Shown here: piece after piece, positions 9,984 through 29,631 of the stretch
Layout of the letters: every line of letters begins with the position of its first letter
How positions within the stretch are numbered: the stretch's first letter is position 1
Assembly (NCBI GenBank): GCA_000934665.2
Contig: KZ538025.1
Span: 124,001-154,110, forward strand
Reading direction: 5' to 3'
Origin: Catajapyx aquilonaris
Lineage: Eukaryota
Length of the DNA: 30,110 bases
The notes under the pieces: generated by a model
Databases searched by the model: none
Seen by the model: the letters and a program-made list of their open reading frames with translations, nothing else
Told to the model about the DNA's origin: nothing
Program-made: the position numbers and the translations under genes

Positions 9984-12900
9984 TTATAAATTCAATTGCA
10001 CAGAAATATTAACAAAAGGAAGATGAGCTATCCGGTCATCAATAAGTTTGGCGACGTCTCTCCAAACTAATTCGTCATGTTCATCACAAGGTTCACCACA
10101 TCTGCCAGCATGTCTCAAAATCACTAATGACCACATTGACATAGTCCATGCTAAGTCACCCGTACTGCGAAGAAAGTTGGGAATGGACAAGTCCCAATCT
10201 CCCCCCAAGAAGGGGAGTAGTGTTGCAGCTACTTTGTCCAAGAGTGTGCTTTCTGAAGAAAAGGAGCTCCGACACAAGGGGCATTGGTGGCGCAGAGTCA
10301 CAGCCAATTGCAGGCATTCTTCATGAAACAAGTGATTACAGGGAGTCACCTTAGCTTCTGTCATGGCTCCTCTACAAACAGCACATATGTCATTGTAGGT
10401 GACCAACTGTTCTGTTGTTGCATCAGGATACAAATGGATTAGATGCAGGACCTGCAAAGTAACCATGTTGTGATTGGGATTCTTTTATTAAATAAAGAGC
10501 CTCACCTCAAAGTTTTTTCCCAACTTGAGTGCTCTGGCAGCCGCATCTACGTCCAAGCAGAGGAGCACACCAGTATAAAACCATTCCTCAAGAGAATTGA
10601 TATGAGTGATTGTGACTACATGCAATATGAGTCCTGCAACCCCTGATGTTAATCTTAGTTTTGCCTTAGATACTATCATCTGTTGAGCCTTAGGGGTGCT
10701 GGAAAACATGGCCAAAACAAAAGCAATCGAAGAGTAACCCTTCAACAGCTTTCGATAGGGGCTACAAATTTTCAAGAACATGCTGGAGGGAAGAGTGATA
10801 GCCAGAGCACCACAGGCTATTTGGGAAGATTGAGCTTTCCTAAAATGGTTCAAGACAGCCATATCAGCTCGCCACTCAAGCTCAAGAATCAGAAATTCCA
10901 GGCACTGCACACTGATTCTCTTCCACATGTAGTCCTTCTCAATGGTAGTCTGACCCATCAGCCCATAACAGATTGATGACACAATCATCTGAAAGCATAG
11001 TAGAGTGTAGAGAATAGCAGGAGCAGAATATTACATGTGCTTTTCTCGTGCTCAAATACTCACATGCATTCCAATGACATAGCCCATAGTGCAAGATCTT
11101 CCAGAGTGAACCACCACTTCCACCAACAAAAGTATGCTGCAGAAGATCACGGCAACAATGTACACAGCCCCCAACCATGACATATATCTGCTGGTGGCAT
11201 TCTCTGTCATTCGGGTCCAAATTCCATCATGTTCACTTGTGCTGCTTTGGTCAGGCATTGTGTAAAATGCTATGCTAATACATAGCGATGAAATGACTTT
11301 GCCAACCCAAGGCTTTGCTAGAATTTCCTCAATAAATTTGATTGTTGGCCAAAGCAGTAGTAGTGGCAGAAACACCAGATTGTATAACCAATCCATGAAC
11401 ATTGCCCAGCCTTAGGGAGGGAAAATGTTTTTGTACAAAGTGTGTGATTTTTTGTGTAATTCTGACTTTAAGGTCACATAACTGCCACTTTCAAGCCACT
11501 TTGGCAGTTGGGTCATAACAAATGTAAGTGGAGGGGTGAGAATGTTGACGTGCCAACCATAATGATATATAGTGTAGACAATGACAAACATTCAATTCCT
11601 CTAGCTGCTCTAGTAATCTATGCCATTATATGTAGATTGGTGCCTGTATATTTCTCAGTCCTAAATTTTAGACTGGTTTTGGCGAGATGAATTCAGTGGC
11701 AGTCAGATGACCTATTAGTTAGAAATACCCTGAATTAATAGGGTTACTTACATAACATTATGGCGGTAAAGAATGGTATGCCACTATTTTTAATATGTCG
11801 TCCAGCCAGTAACATGTACAGCCATAACCGGAAAATGCGACGTCCAATGAAGCGCCACAGAATCCATAAAGCCAGGATTGTTGAAGAAACATACGTGGAT
11901 TTCAGAAGCAATTGGCTACTTTGGACATGGACCTGGAGAAGTATTGGAAAGAAGAAGCTCAAAGAGGCCACAGTTCTTGTGTGAGGATGCCAGGGCCCCA
12001 TAGTGAAGATGAACACTACACACAGAAGAAACTGCAAGTGAAAGTTTTAGTCAGTTTTGAAGCTAAAGAAATGGTACCCTTCTTACCTGGTACACAGCAG
12101 CTTGAAAAACAGCTAACATTCCATTGGATTCAGTTGGAACTGGACACTGACACATTCCCTGCTGCTTTCTTTTTATCATATTGCAATTATTGTAAAATGA
12201 TGCTAGGAGCACAAAAGATGCCAACAGAAGTAGAGTAATTTCATGTCCTAATTTTGCCATGTTATGCCTAACAAGCTTCCATCCTGGTGTATTTTTGTGC
12301 AAACTCATTTTTAAAAACAGCAGAAAATTCAATATCAAAATCAGGGGTACTGTAAATGAAAGTTGTCATCATTTCTTATGCGACACTTATTGTTAGTGGA
12401 GTGGAATGAGGCAAGTGCGGTTTTCGTCACCTACATTTACAAGCCTCCCAGTTCTCATTTAAAGTCAAGATCCTTTGCCAGGGGGAGCTTCTGAGCCAAG
12501 TGTAGAATTTAGAGATGATGTAAAAAGAGTAGGGTAGTGGGAGAATTTCACAAGAGCAGTCACTGATTCCTCCTTGGACCCATCTTGCATCGATGCAAGA
12601 GTGTCTGTCCCAATGCCCATACAAATTTTGGTTCTGAATAATCTGAAATGCAATGAGTAAGTACGTGATAACTTGCTTAAATGGTTAATAATCAATTAAT
12701 CAAGCAGTAAGAATGAAAATCTGTTATATGTCATGTACAAATTAAATTTAGGTGATGGTGAATTCACGTAAGATATATTCTAGATATAAAATTTATCAAA
12801 ACTTTTCCTTTGTCACAATTTTATTTTATACTTAGGAAAGATATACTTGTTTAATTATTATTTAATTGACAATACTGACTCAAGTGAGGCAGACCTACTA

Positions 12901-13183
12901 TTGCTAGGATGTACTGTAGTTTTAATGCCATGAGAGTTACTGGCCTTTTCCTAGAAAGAAACCTATTCTTCAATTCAGCCAGCATGTCCATTGATGAAAT
13001 TTGTATCAATTCTACAGTAATGGCAACAGTTTGTCCAGTGTGTTCTAAATATTGATGATTGAATATACTTACCAATAGCGTTTTCTCCCATAATCCTCTT
13101 GCATTTAAAAACATGGCATCATAAGAATACCAGGCTATGCTCCATGTGAGGAATAACTGAATCCATAATAGTATTATGGACAT
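9984..13183 (-). CDS. Multi-pass membrane RING-H2 protein, paralog C (~716 aa, 7 exons)
   Basis: Exons 13183-13073, 12633-12435 (in-frame alternative boundaries 12642 and 12441), 12349-12087, 12031-11752, 11410-11064, 10988-10506, 10451-9984 (2151 nt). RING CAVC-x11-CNHLFHEEC-x10-CPLC at 10272-10385, preceded by YPDATTEQLVTYNDI. Confidence 0.8.
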
Positions 13184-13187
13184 GGTT

Positions 13188-13199
13188 TTTATTCACTGA
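13188..13199 (-). promoter_or_regulatory. Adjacent Inr-like TCAGT and AATAAA poly(A) signal in the 81-bp D/C gap
   Basis: Minus strand reads ATCAGTGAATAAAAACC-ATG: TCAGT at 13199-13195, AATAAA at 13193-13188, paralog C ATG at 13183. Confidence 0.45.
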
Positions 13200-13264
13200 T
13201 TTACATGCAAAAATTTTGTAATCCAAATATCACATTTGCTGTTGCTAGGCAAACTTTGTTTGTG

Positions 13265-16070
13265 CTAATTAGTGTCATCAACCATCAAATCATCATCATA
13301 ACCCATGAGTGGTGAGAAAGAATCCAATATGTCATTTCTGGTTTCCATCTCGGCACAGAGCTGTTCAAAGAGGCTACTATCTTTGGGATCTCCCACTTCC
13401 CCACAGTCTCCAACACACTCCAAGAACATAACTGACCACTTTGAAAACACCCAAAAGGGCTCCAGAATGAAGGCTAAAAAATCACGCCCCTCCATTTCCC
13501 ATTCACCAGATCCACAAAAGATGGACAGTGCCTGAGCCACGTCGCTCGTTATGGATCTGTAATTGTTTCCAAGGAGACCCCTGCACATTGGGCAGTGCGG
13601 ATAGATTGACATTGACTCTTCTAGGCAGATTTCATGGAAGTAGTGTCGACAGGGGGTCACCCGAGCCTCAGTCATGACTTCCCTGCACACTGGACACACA
13701 TCATCTTGGTTAATCAGCTCTGAGCTTGTGGCACGTGGAAATGTGGCCGTCACTGCTGCTATTTCCTGATCAGTCACAAAATAATGCATGAGATTGTAAT
13801 ATGTAGAAGTAGTCAATCATCACTGATGGAAATGCGTTGGTATTGGAACACACATCAGCACATGACATTATTATGGCAGCAGGCTACAACATGTGACTTG
13901 AAGAATTTACAGTGAAGTGATGCAATTTTACGACTCACCTCAGTACTTATACTTGCTATGTTGAGAGCTGCTAAGGCAGCATCCATGTCCCAGCAGTAGA
14001 AGATCCCAGTGACAAGTAGGCTTGAAGAGGGCTGTTGAGATAAACCTGTTGTTATCAACATTTCCCAGGCCATGCTTCGAGCACCAAGAACACCTCTGAG
14101 ATGGGTCTTGAATACCAGAAAATAGTAGATGGCAATAGAAATCGAAGAAGATCTGATTGAGGTCAGCCAGAAAGCAAGCCAATATAAGGGTGTGAGGAAG
14201 ACATCGTTTAGAGACGGAATTCCTATTAAAAGTCCAGGGAGTACGCCAAGAAGAATTGCAATGGCTGACACCAAAGGAGGACATACTGCTCCGTAGTGTT
14301 TCAAGACAGCCAGATCAGCACGCCATTCCAACTCACGGGCCAGGAGTAGAAGAGAGAACTTCAGAATGGCCTGATTTGCTTCTGAAGTCTGATCATAGCT
14401 TAATGACAATGTGCTGCCAATAGCCACCCAGGCCACCATCTGCAAATGCAAAGTCAAATAAATATACTGACCCTGCAGAAGGTTCAGGCACATGAGCAAG
14501 TTGTACCAACCTGAATTCCAATGGGTAATCCTGCTTTATTAGAGCGTCCAGATGGCAATGTGTCTTCTAGTATAGGAAAGACAAAGCCACAGGTAGTGAC
14601 TAGGAAGCAGATGGTAGCCCATATTCCAAGGTATCCATCAGTGACTCCACTCACCACAAGCTGCCAACTGAACTTATCTCCATGAAGGCTCATGACAATT
14701 GACTTGATCATATTCCAACAGAAGACATTAACTCCTATCCAGGTGGTGGTTGGACTCAGTAGAAATTCACCAGCCAATATTACCATGGGTAGGAGAGGTA
14801 TCAGCCTCAGGAACATGAGGTTAAGCCACATTTCGCCCAGGACAAAGACATCTGAAGGTAGTTACAAATGATAATGTATAGATGCTGCGATGAAGCAATT
14901 AAATTACAGTGTTTGTTCTTACATATGGCCAAGATTCGTTGTGGCTGTGATCCGATGTTCCTGAGGTGCTGGTTGACACTTGCAGTGTAGATGAAGAGAC
15001 GGCAGAATCGGCGTCCCACCGAGTGCCACAGAAGGCAAGCCATAGGGAACAGAAGGGCTAGGCGGCATGTGGTTGCGATTTGTTTGGAATTCACAGAACT
15101 ACCTAATAGGCCCACCATACCCATGGGTAAGAGGAATCCCATTGCAGCTATGGACGCATTCTTCAGTTTGCCTGAGCATACCAACACAGTGAAGCTCAAC
15201 CACAGTGTCACCTGCCAGAATAAATACCATCATTGTGATTCAGAAGAGCAATAAGACATTTGAATATTTGTCAGTGTCCACGTCACCTGGTAGATGGAAT
15301 TGAATGCTACTGGGGAGAGATTGCTGGGAATCCAGCGAGCCAATGGTGAGATGTACTTTCGCGGAGGAGAAAGTATTTCTTCACTGCTTGTAAGATAGTA
15401 ATAATTACAGCAGAAGGACTCAGCTAGCGTAATGGCAGCCATTATATATCTTGTCAACTCTATAGCCACCTTCAGAGAATTCTGCACGATCAAGCCTCCA
15501 TTCAGACCTCCATTCTTCAGGAAACTCTTGATTATCTCCAAGGTAGGATAAGCAATTACCAAGTAGCCTGTCCAGAATTAGCCGCAATGGTTACTTGATA
15601 CTTTCGAACATATTTGTTACATACCAAGACAGACTTTCCAATTTCCATACAGGAAGTTGCCGGATTCAAGGAAGAATCTGTAAGCCGTTCCTGCTGCCAC
15701 CAGAAATACATGTATAGGGTCCCCCTGAAGGCAAAAGGATGGGGACGAGTTGTCTGGATTTTCACTAGCTTGAAATAGAAGGTCAAGTTGAGGGACAGGA
15801 GCTTCGCACACACATTTATGGGACTTGTCTTCATCTGGATGCTCTGTATTTCCAAAAATCCTGTTTTGAATCCAACTGTTACTCTCTTCCATGTCCGGCA
15901 ACTGCAAATGATAATGTCAGTTTGTGACACTGAGGTCATTGGAGGTAACTGTAACTGACCTGGACGGCTTTTTTCCACATGTCCATTGGAAATTCTTCTA
16001 CTATCTGAAATGCCTTTCTGATGATGATGGAATGAATAAGGGTTTTGAGCCATAACTCAGTTATTGCCAT
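13265..16070 (-). CDS. Multi-pass membrane RING-H2 protein, paralog D (~766 aa, 7 exons)
   Basis: Exons 16070-15960, 15901-15625, 15567-15287, 15211-14923, 14851-14511, 14439-13939, 13765-13265 (2301 nt). Exon 1 (MAITELWLKTLIHS...MWKKAVQ, 37 codons) matches A exon 1 (MAMIELWLQATLL...PWKRVLT). RING CPVC-x11-CRHYFHEIC-x10-CPMC at 13583-13696. Confidence 0.85.
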
Positions 16071-16236
16071 TGAAAATTTATAAAAACTAACAAGCCAAAA
16101 ATATTAATTTTTCGCCACACATTTGTGGATCTGGTTTTGCTGTTGCCTAGTAATGAGTGTTAATGATAAGGAGTAAACAAAGAGTTCTGCTATAATATAC
16201 CTATATCCTTTCCTATTGGCCAGGCTGAGGCAACCC

Positions 16237-16369
16237 CCATCTTTACTCATGTAATATTGTATTCTGACAGTTGTCTAGCAACTGGGACAACAACCAATAA
16301 TGACAACACTGTGACAACAATTAGTCCAATAATGTCAGGTGTCCGCCATCTTTACTCAGGTAATATTGT
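16237..16369. repeat. 24-bp direct repeat pair in the E/D intergenic region
   Basis: CCATCTTTACTCATGTAATATTGT (16237-16260) and CCATCTTTACTCAGGTAATATTGT (16346-16369), one mismatch. Confidence 0.8.
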
Positions 16370-16564
16370 TGCCTGCCTCACATTTCACCCTGAGTGCTCT
16401 CTCTAGGTATATTATATATTATAGCAGAACTCTTTGGGAGTAAAAGGTGGCAAAATCAATTATGCTATTTATTGTCCCAAAATGCAATTACGAATCACAC
16501 CATTGGTTATCCTTTGAGACTGAGCTTTTTTTACTTATTTCTTCTGTTCTTCACACTCATCCTT

Positions 16565-19216
16565 TCAAATCATGTTAGCAGCCATGGCTAGCAGGTTCAG
16601 TATTTGGCTCCTGAATTCCACTTTGACACATAATTTTCCCAAGATCTCACTGTCCAGAGGATCATCCATTTCTCTGCAGTCACACCCGTACCTCAATAAC
16701 ATGCCAGACCATGATGACAGCATCCCAAATGTGCCACTAATGAAGTTCAGAAAGTTGCGTCCGTCCACCTTAATATCTATGATTTCGAAGGACCCAGTGC
16801 ACTGAGCCAGGACACTTGCTACTGTCCGTCTGTTCAAGGATTCCCTGCACACAGGGCATATAGGTCGCTCTGCTACGGCTGCCCGTAAGCAGTCCTCATG
16901 GAAACAGTGGTGGCATGGAGTTACCCTGGCAGAAGTCATGGTGTCTCTGCACACTGCACACACATCATTTGTGTTCCTTAGCTCATTTCTAGTGGCTCTT
17001 CGGCACATGGCCCATGCCTGGCGTGATGCTCGCTTCTAAGAGGATGTATGCATTAGACATGACATTACATAAAGGCAGCGTTTTTTTTACTGGCTGAACT
17101 ACTGACCTTGCAATATAGGTGGGCTAATCTGACAACGATGAAGGAATAATCGATTTCCCAACAATAGACAATAAGTCTGAATAAAACACTGATGTCATGA
17201 ATCCACCTTGGAACCATGACTTCTGTGGCCAAGTACCCAAATGCAAGAATGCCTCTTAGTCCTGTCTTAATCAAAATGATGTTACGGGTAACATGGAGGA
17301 TCCGCAAGTGACTGCAGCACAAAGTCATCAGAAGAGAAATGATATGCAAGACATTGAAGTAGGAATCAAAGTAATCCGTACTTCCCATGAACAGTGCAGG
17401 GAAAATCCCGACAACAATGATTGCAACCGATATCCTCTGGGAACATCCTTCTCTCAAGTGAATGAGGATGGCCTGGTCAGCTCGACAAACCAATTCTCGT
17501 GACAAAACTAGAAGGGCTAGCTGGAGGATGGCCTGATGTACCCTCTTTCGATGGTCGAGATCCAATCTCACAGTACTGGCAAGGATAAACCATGCCCACA
17601 TCTGAAATATAATGTGCAACTAATAAGGGTGGAGTGGACAGGGAAACACTATTGGTACCTGGATGGCAAGTGGCACTGCCACTTTGGTGGACCGCCCAGA
17701 AGCCATAAATAATTCCAGGATTTGGAAAAAGAAATGGCACACTCCCAGCATGAAGCATATGGAAGCCCACATGGCAATACTTCCATTTGTTGCTGCATCT
17801 ATCACTGTCTGCCAAGTGAGATCATTGCCACCTACGCTGCTGAGGATGGCTGCAGCCATCTTCCAGCAGAAGACACCAAATCCCATCATGTTGGCATAAG
17901 GGTTGAGGAGGAATTCTCCAGCCAGTAATACCGCAGGAAGGAGGAGTACCATTTGCAGGAATACCATATTGAAACAGATTTCTGCCAGCACGAAGCAATC
18001 TAAAGATATTCGTAAACTGCACTGTATGTTGGACACACTTCCAACCAGTGAAATGGGCAAAACACTTACATAGGATAATCACTTTCTTGCCAATTTCCCC
18101 ACCACATCGCAGGTCCTGGTTGATGGCTTCAAAGTATCTGAGGAATCGGCAAATACGACGTCCAATTAGGTGCCACAGGTAACCTGCAATGGGAATCAGA
18201 AGAGCCAGACGGCAGGCAACCGCAATTGTTCCATGACTCAACTTCAGAGGTTTCAAGCACATTGGAAACAAAAAGGCCGTCAGGATCATCAACTTGCTGC
18301 GACCGCTGACGCACACTAGGGAAGTGAAGAGAAATCCTAGAATTACCTGTGAGAGAGGAAGTGATCAAGAATCTTGCATGAAGTGTATTCCTTCAGTGAA
18401 CTATGCCTCTCACCTGAAGTAATGAGCAGAATATAATAGGACAAGACGTGTTCAAAATCCACGTGTCCAAGAGAAAAAGTTGTGGTAACTTCCTGATGAC
18501 TGACGACTGAGTGTCTTGTTTATGCGTCAGGTAGTAGTAATTGCTGCAGAACGATACTACCAATGCACTGGAAGACAGTGTGTACCTAGCGAGCTCTCTA
18601 ATTATCTTGGAGTAATCAGATATTACTCTCATGTTTACTTTTCTGCTTTTGAGGTACCAACTGACCAGTATTTTCACAGGTACTGCAGATACCAAGCTGA
18701 TGATTGCCATAGCTGTAAATGCTAGAAGTTAATGCCCATTTAACTTATTTTAAATGTGAATACACACCCAGATCGATCCACCGAATCCAACTTGTGAGCA
18801 GTGGAGTGAAGAGTTTGTAGTAAAACCTCATGACCATTGCCGAAACGACCAGAAATACGTGAATTGGATCACCATTCAGGCATGTTGATACTGTACCCGA
18901 AGTGTTCCATGGCCACTCAAGTCGAGATGGAGGGGCTTCACAGATACACCGGCATGGGCTGTTGCGGTTCATGTCACTTGGATTCTCAGGGATACTTTGT
19001 TCTACGTCTCTATCCGTGTTGTTATGATCATCCTGGAATACATGATTTGATAGGCTGCAACTAGTCTATACTGGCACAATGGGCCTCCATATGTATACTT
19101 ACACCAGGTGCAAAACCTCCCTGCCACATGCCTGCTGGAAACTCCAACATTAATATAGCCACATCGCAAATGAGGAACAGTGCAATAGAGTGCAGCCATA
19201 TTGAAACAGCTGCCAT
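16565..19216 (-). CDS. Multi-pass membrane RING-H2 protein, paralog E (~753 aa, 7 exons)
   Basis: Exons 19216-19103, 19032-18768, 18712-18414, 18346-18070, 17999-17659, 17601-17107, 17035-16565 (2262 nt). RING CAVC-x11-CHHCFHEDC-x10-CPVC at 16847-16960. Most similar to D (CL.GDPIHVFLV, SFC.NYYYL, SGRS.K...P..IQ). AATAAA at 16468-16473. Confidence 0.85.
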
Positions 19217-21618
19217 GTTACTACCCTGCAAGAACCAGAAAAAGAACATGAATATTTGTGCAGCTCGTTGCTTAATAACCTTACCCTCCCTGTATAAAAG
19301 TAAACAAACTAATTGTTAGTTGTTGATTAGAAACACACTTGCTAAAAATGATTGCGATATCCACTGTTGCAGCCATGTGTGGAATACAGAAACCTTTTGC
19401 CATGTGTCACGAGTTATCACTTCCCGCAACAAGCTGAGCAAGCCCCAGACACCTAGCTGCCGTCACTTATTTGTACAGTACTTCTGGAAATGGAACACTG
19501 CAGGGTCACCCATTCTTCCAGTGTTTTCTCTCATTGAAAGCAGTAGTTGCTCCCGGATTCCAGGGTGCAATATTATTCACTGTTCCTGTTATAAAATATG
19601 ATGGGTATGTACGTACTTTAGACGTTTCTTGTAATTTATAATTCTCCATTGGTAATAACTTACAGTTTTACACTTACAAGTACATACTTGTAGTGCATTT
19701 TAAAATGGCTATCAACTGTTGCGGAAACATTGTGGAAGTTGTGCTTATAAAATCGAGAGCTCTTGATAAAATACGTACAGGTACATCATTGGCCAGTAAT
19801 AGGCATAGAATGATTCGGATTCGTAGAAGAAAAATGCGAAAATGAGTGTTCAGTATAGTTAAGAAATTCAAAATAATTGGCATTTGGGAGTGCTGGACCT
19901 GACAGTAATTAGTGAGGGAAATCCCACTGAGATAGGATCAACCGAGTGTGCCTCGCTTCTCTTATCAAAGATGAAGGGCTGAGCTGGGGCTTGGGCATTT
20001 TCCTTCTACCAGTCGTTTATAATATGCATATGTTATTCAGAATAATCAACATAGCATCGTCGGCAATGCAAAACCTCGTTTCTCACGATAATGTCATTTT
20101 ACAGGACAAGGAAAAACATGTTCGTGCAAAACCTCGCAAAATTTCTGCTTACACGGTAGATGAGTGCCTTGCAAAACCTCCTATAGATTAACTTTTCTTT
20201 GTGGGTTTATTGAATCATTATTGTTTGACAATACTTAATCCTGTCGTCATGAAGAGGTGCAGTACCTCATGGGCATAAGTGTAGGTATGGTAACTGCCTT
20301 ACATAAGCCTACGTGATCACAAACAGGAATGGCCGCCATTGTGGCTGGTGAAAGAAATACGAGGTCTTGCTGCCGATCTCGGTTAGCTGTTGGTGACGTG
20401 GTTTTGCCAGGTGACCTAAACACCCACTCTCATTGGTCCGAAAAATACGAGCTTTTTCAGGTCGACGCGGACAATTTTTCGGCACACAACTACATGAGTA
20501 ACTCTATTTCGGCCAAATCGCGAGTTGCGAGGTTTTGCATTGCCAACGACGATAGCCAACACGTGTTAGTTTCAAAAATATTACATTATGATGCAAGAAG
20601 TTATGTTTTCTTACTTGGGGCAGTGAAGGAATGACAATGTGTGGGGCTTTCTCAGTTTTTGACTTTCTGTAAGTTCCTCATGGTCTTCCGTAACGCGGGG
20701 CCTTCCAAAGAGCAGGGCCTGGAGCAGGGGCCCCTGTTGCCCTCCCCTAGGACCGCTCTGGGTAGCAGCATCTGTGGGCAATGACAAATGTTTCTGTCAC
20801 GCTTTATCCTTGAAAACCACACAATGACCTCCTCCAGGCCTTCCACTTCATTAGTCCCAATTATGAACAGAATATTGCAAATACTCACCATCTCACAATC
20901 TTCTGATTAGTATATCTCCACCTGCCCTATTCAAGCCCAAGCTGCATGTGAGGCTTGACCCTAGCTGACATGCACAAAGGATGCGTGGGACCTAGGTTCT
21001 TCAGATGACTGTCCCGCCATTCCTTCCCATTCCAGCCAGCAAGTCACTGACGCTCTCTTCTATTGCACTCACAACGTCAGTGTTCCTGAAATGAACGTTA
21101 AACCCCTCTCCCCACACCACATCTTTCACTTCCTTCCAGTTCCAGTTTACAAGCAACAGAGCTCACATTTTCATGCAATGACAGGTTGGCATACTCTTCC
21201 ACCTAACATTGGCTAAACAATTTATTTCAGGTAAAAAAGTTGAATTGTCATGCCTGACTTAATATTGCACATGCTTTAAGCAGTTTGATGCCAAGGAAAC
21301 TGACCTAATTAGCTGGACAGCCATACCGCGAGGGGTATGGTGACTTTCTGTACACCCTGACAATACCAGAGCAGCAGAAATTCTTGTCACTGCATCCTGG
21401 CCTTGACCAGAACAATTGGGTGGGTTCAAACTAGGGTGAGAATGCTCGCCGCAATGGAGCATTAGACCCCAGATTTACTAGAGAACTAGACGCTCTATTT
21501 AATGTCTACTCATGTAACTGTGGAATATCTGTGAATTCTACGACCATCTTCACTTTAAACCACATGTAGTGAACTAAGAATTGCAAGTAGCAACATTTTG
21601 TCTTTACAGTAAGATTTT

Positions 21619-21624
21619 TTTATT
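21619..21624 (-). terminator. Candidate PI4KB poly(A) signal (a second candidate is at 21221-21226)
   Basis: Minus-strand AATAAA about 635 nt downstream of the PI4KB stop codon. Confidence 0.4.
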
Positions 21625-22258
21625 TCATAAAATACAAAGAACTTGTAGCTATACATCACATGTTGCAACCCCACTTGCTCGCTCTCACTCACACAAACAC
21701 TTTCACACCTAGGCTCCAACCACAGGGAGCCATATCTTCAATGAAGACTCTTCACTTGCTCACACACACGAAGGAAGAGATGAAAGAGGGCCAGTGAGAA
21801 TGGAAGGACACAGGATGGGGAAGGACCAGGGGTGCAACTGACTCTGCAGTTGGGGGCACATCAAATGAATATTGCAATAGTCTCAAATTGCTATTATAAT
21901 AATCAGAGCGGACAAATCTTGGCACAAGTAATATCATGGTCACTTCAGTTCCAGTCTTTACGGACCACATCACAAGACAAGGACTTGGAAGGTTGAAAGG
22001 GGGGCACAGGGAATGAAGTAAACAAAAACAAAACAAAATTTATCTTGAGTTCTCCTCCACACAAGAAGACCAGTCTCGATGGTGTGTATCACAGAATCCA
22101 GCCTCCAGTTAGTCCCACCAAAAAACCCACCCAAACAATGTTCAACAATCTTGCTTAAGAGAGCAAGGTGGGGATGAAGGGTGGAAGAGGCCAGCATGAG
22201 GCTGCGGTTATGACAGGGATGAGGGAGGGAGGGGCGGGGGAGGGAGGAGGGTTGTCTC

Positions 22259-29412
<7,154 letters not shown>

Positions 29413-29416
29413 TGAC

Positions 29417-29631
29417 CTGGTAGACAACATGTCAGTTAGCGCACCGAACATTTCTCAAAACAAAATCACCCGCAATGCCTCAAGGTCACGCGGCTGAACA
29501 CGTGCCAAACGCATGTAGGCCTCACTTAGCGCAAATGAACCCCGCACTTCGCACTCATCCAGCTGTGATCACACTGTCCGCAAAATGTACACCTCCCAGC
29601 TAGAAAACAGCTTGACGAGTGCCGCACTCAC
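29417..29631 (-). other. Probable 5'-UTR intron of PI4KB, with a non-coding exon from 29632 upward
   Basis: Minus-strand donor AAG|GTGAGT at 29632/29631. Branch-like CTAAC and acceptor CTACCAG|GTCA lie 4 nt before the ATG. The spliced upstream exon has an in-frame TAA (29670-29672), so it does not extend the CDS. Confidence 0.65.

Noticed and set aside
2990..18725. Many plus-strand ORFs of 60-160 aa overlapping the array
   Set aside because: They are antisense shadows of the minus-strand exons, with no independent motifs or splice structure.
19897..19911. Minus-strand TAATTACTGTCAGGT resembling the 5' part of miR-8-3p (the 16237/16346 repeats also end in GTAAAGATG on the minus strand)
   Set aside because: There is an extra base in the seed, the 3' half does not match, and there is no convincing pre-miRNA stem; probably chance.
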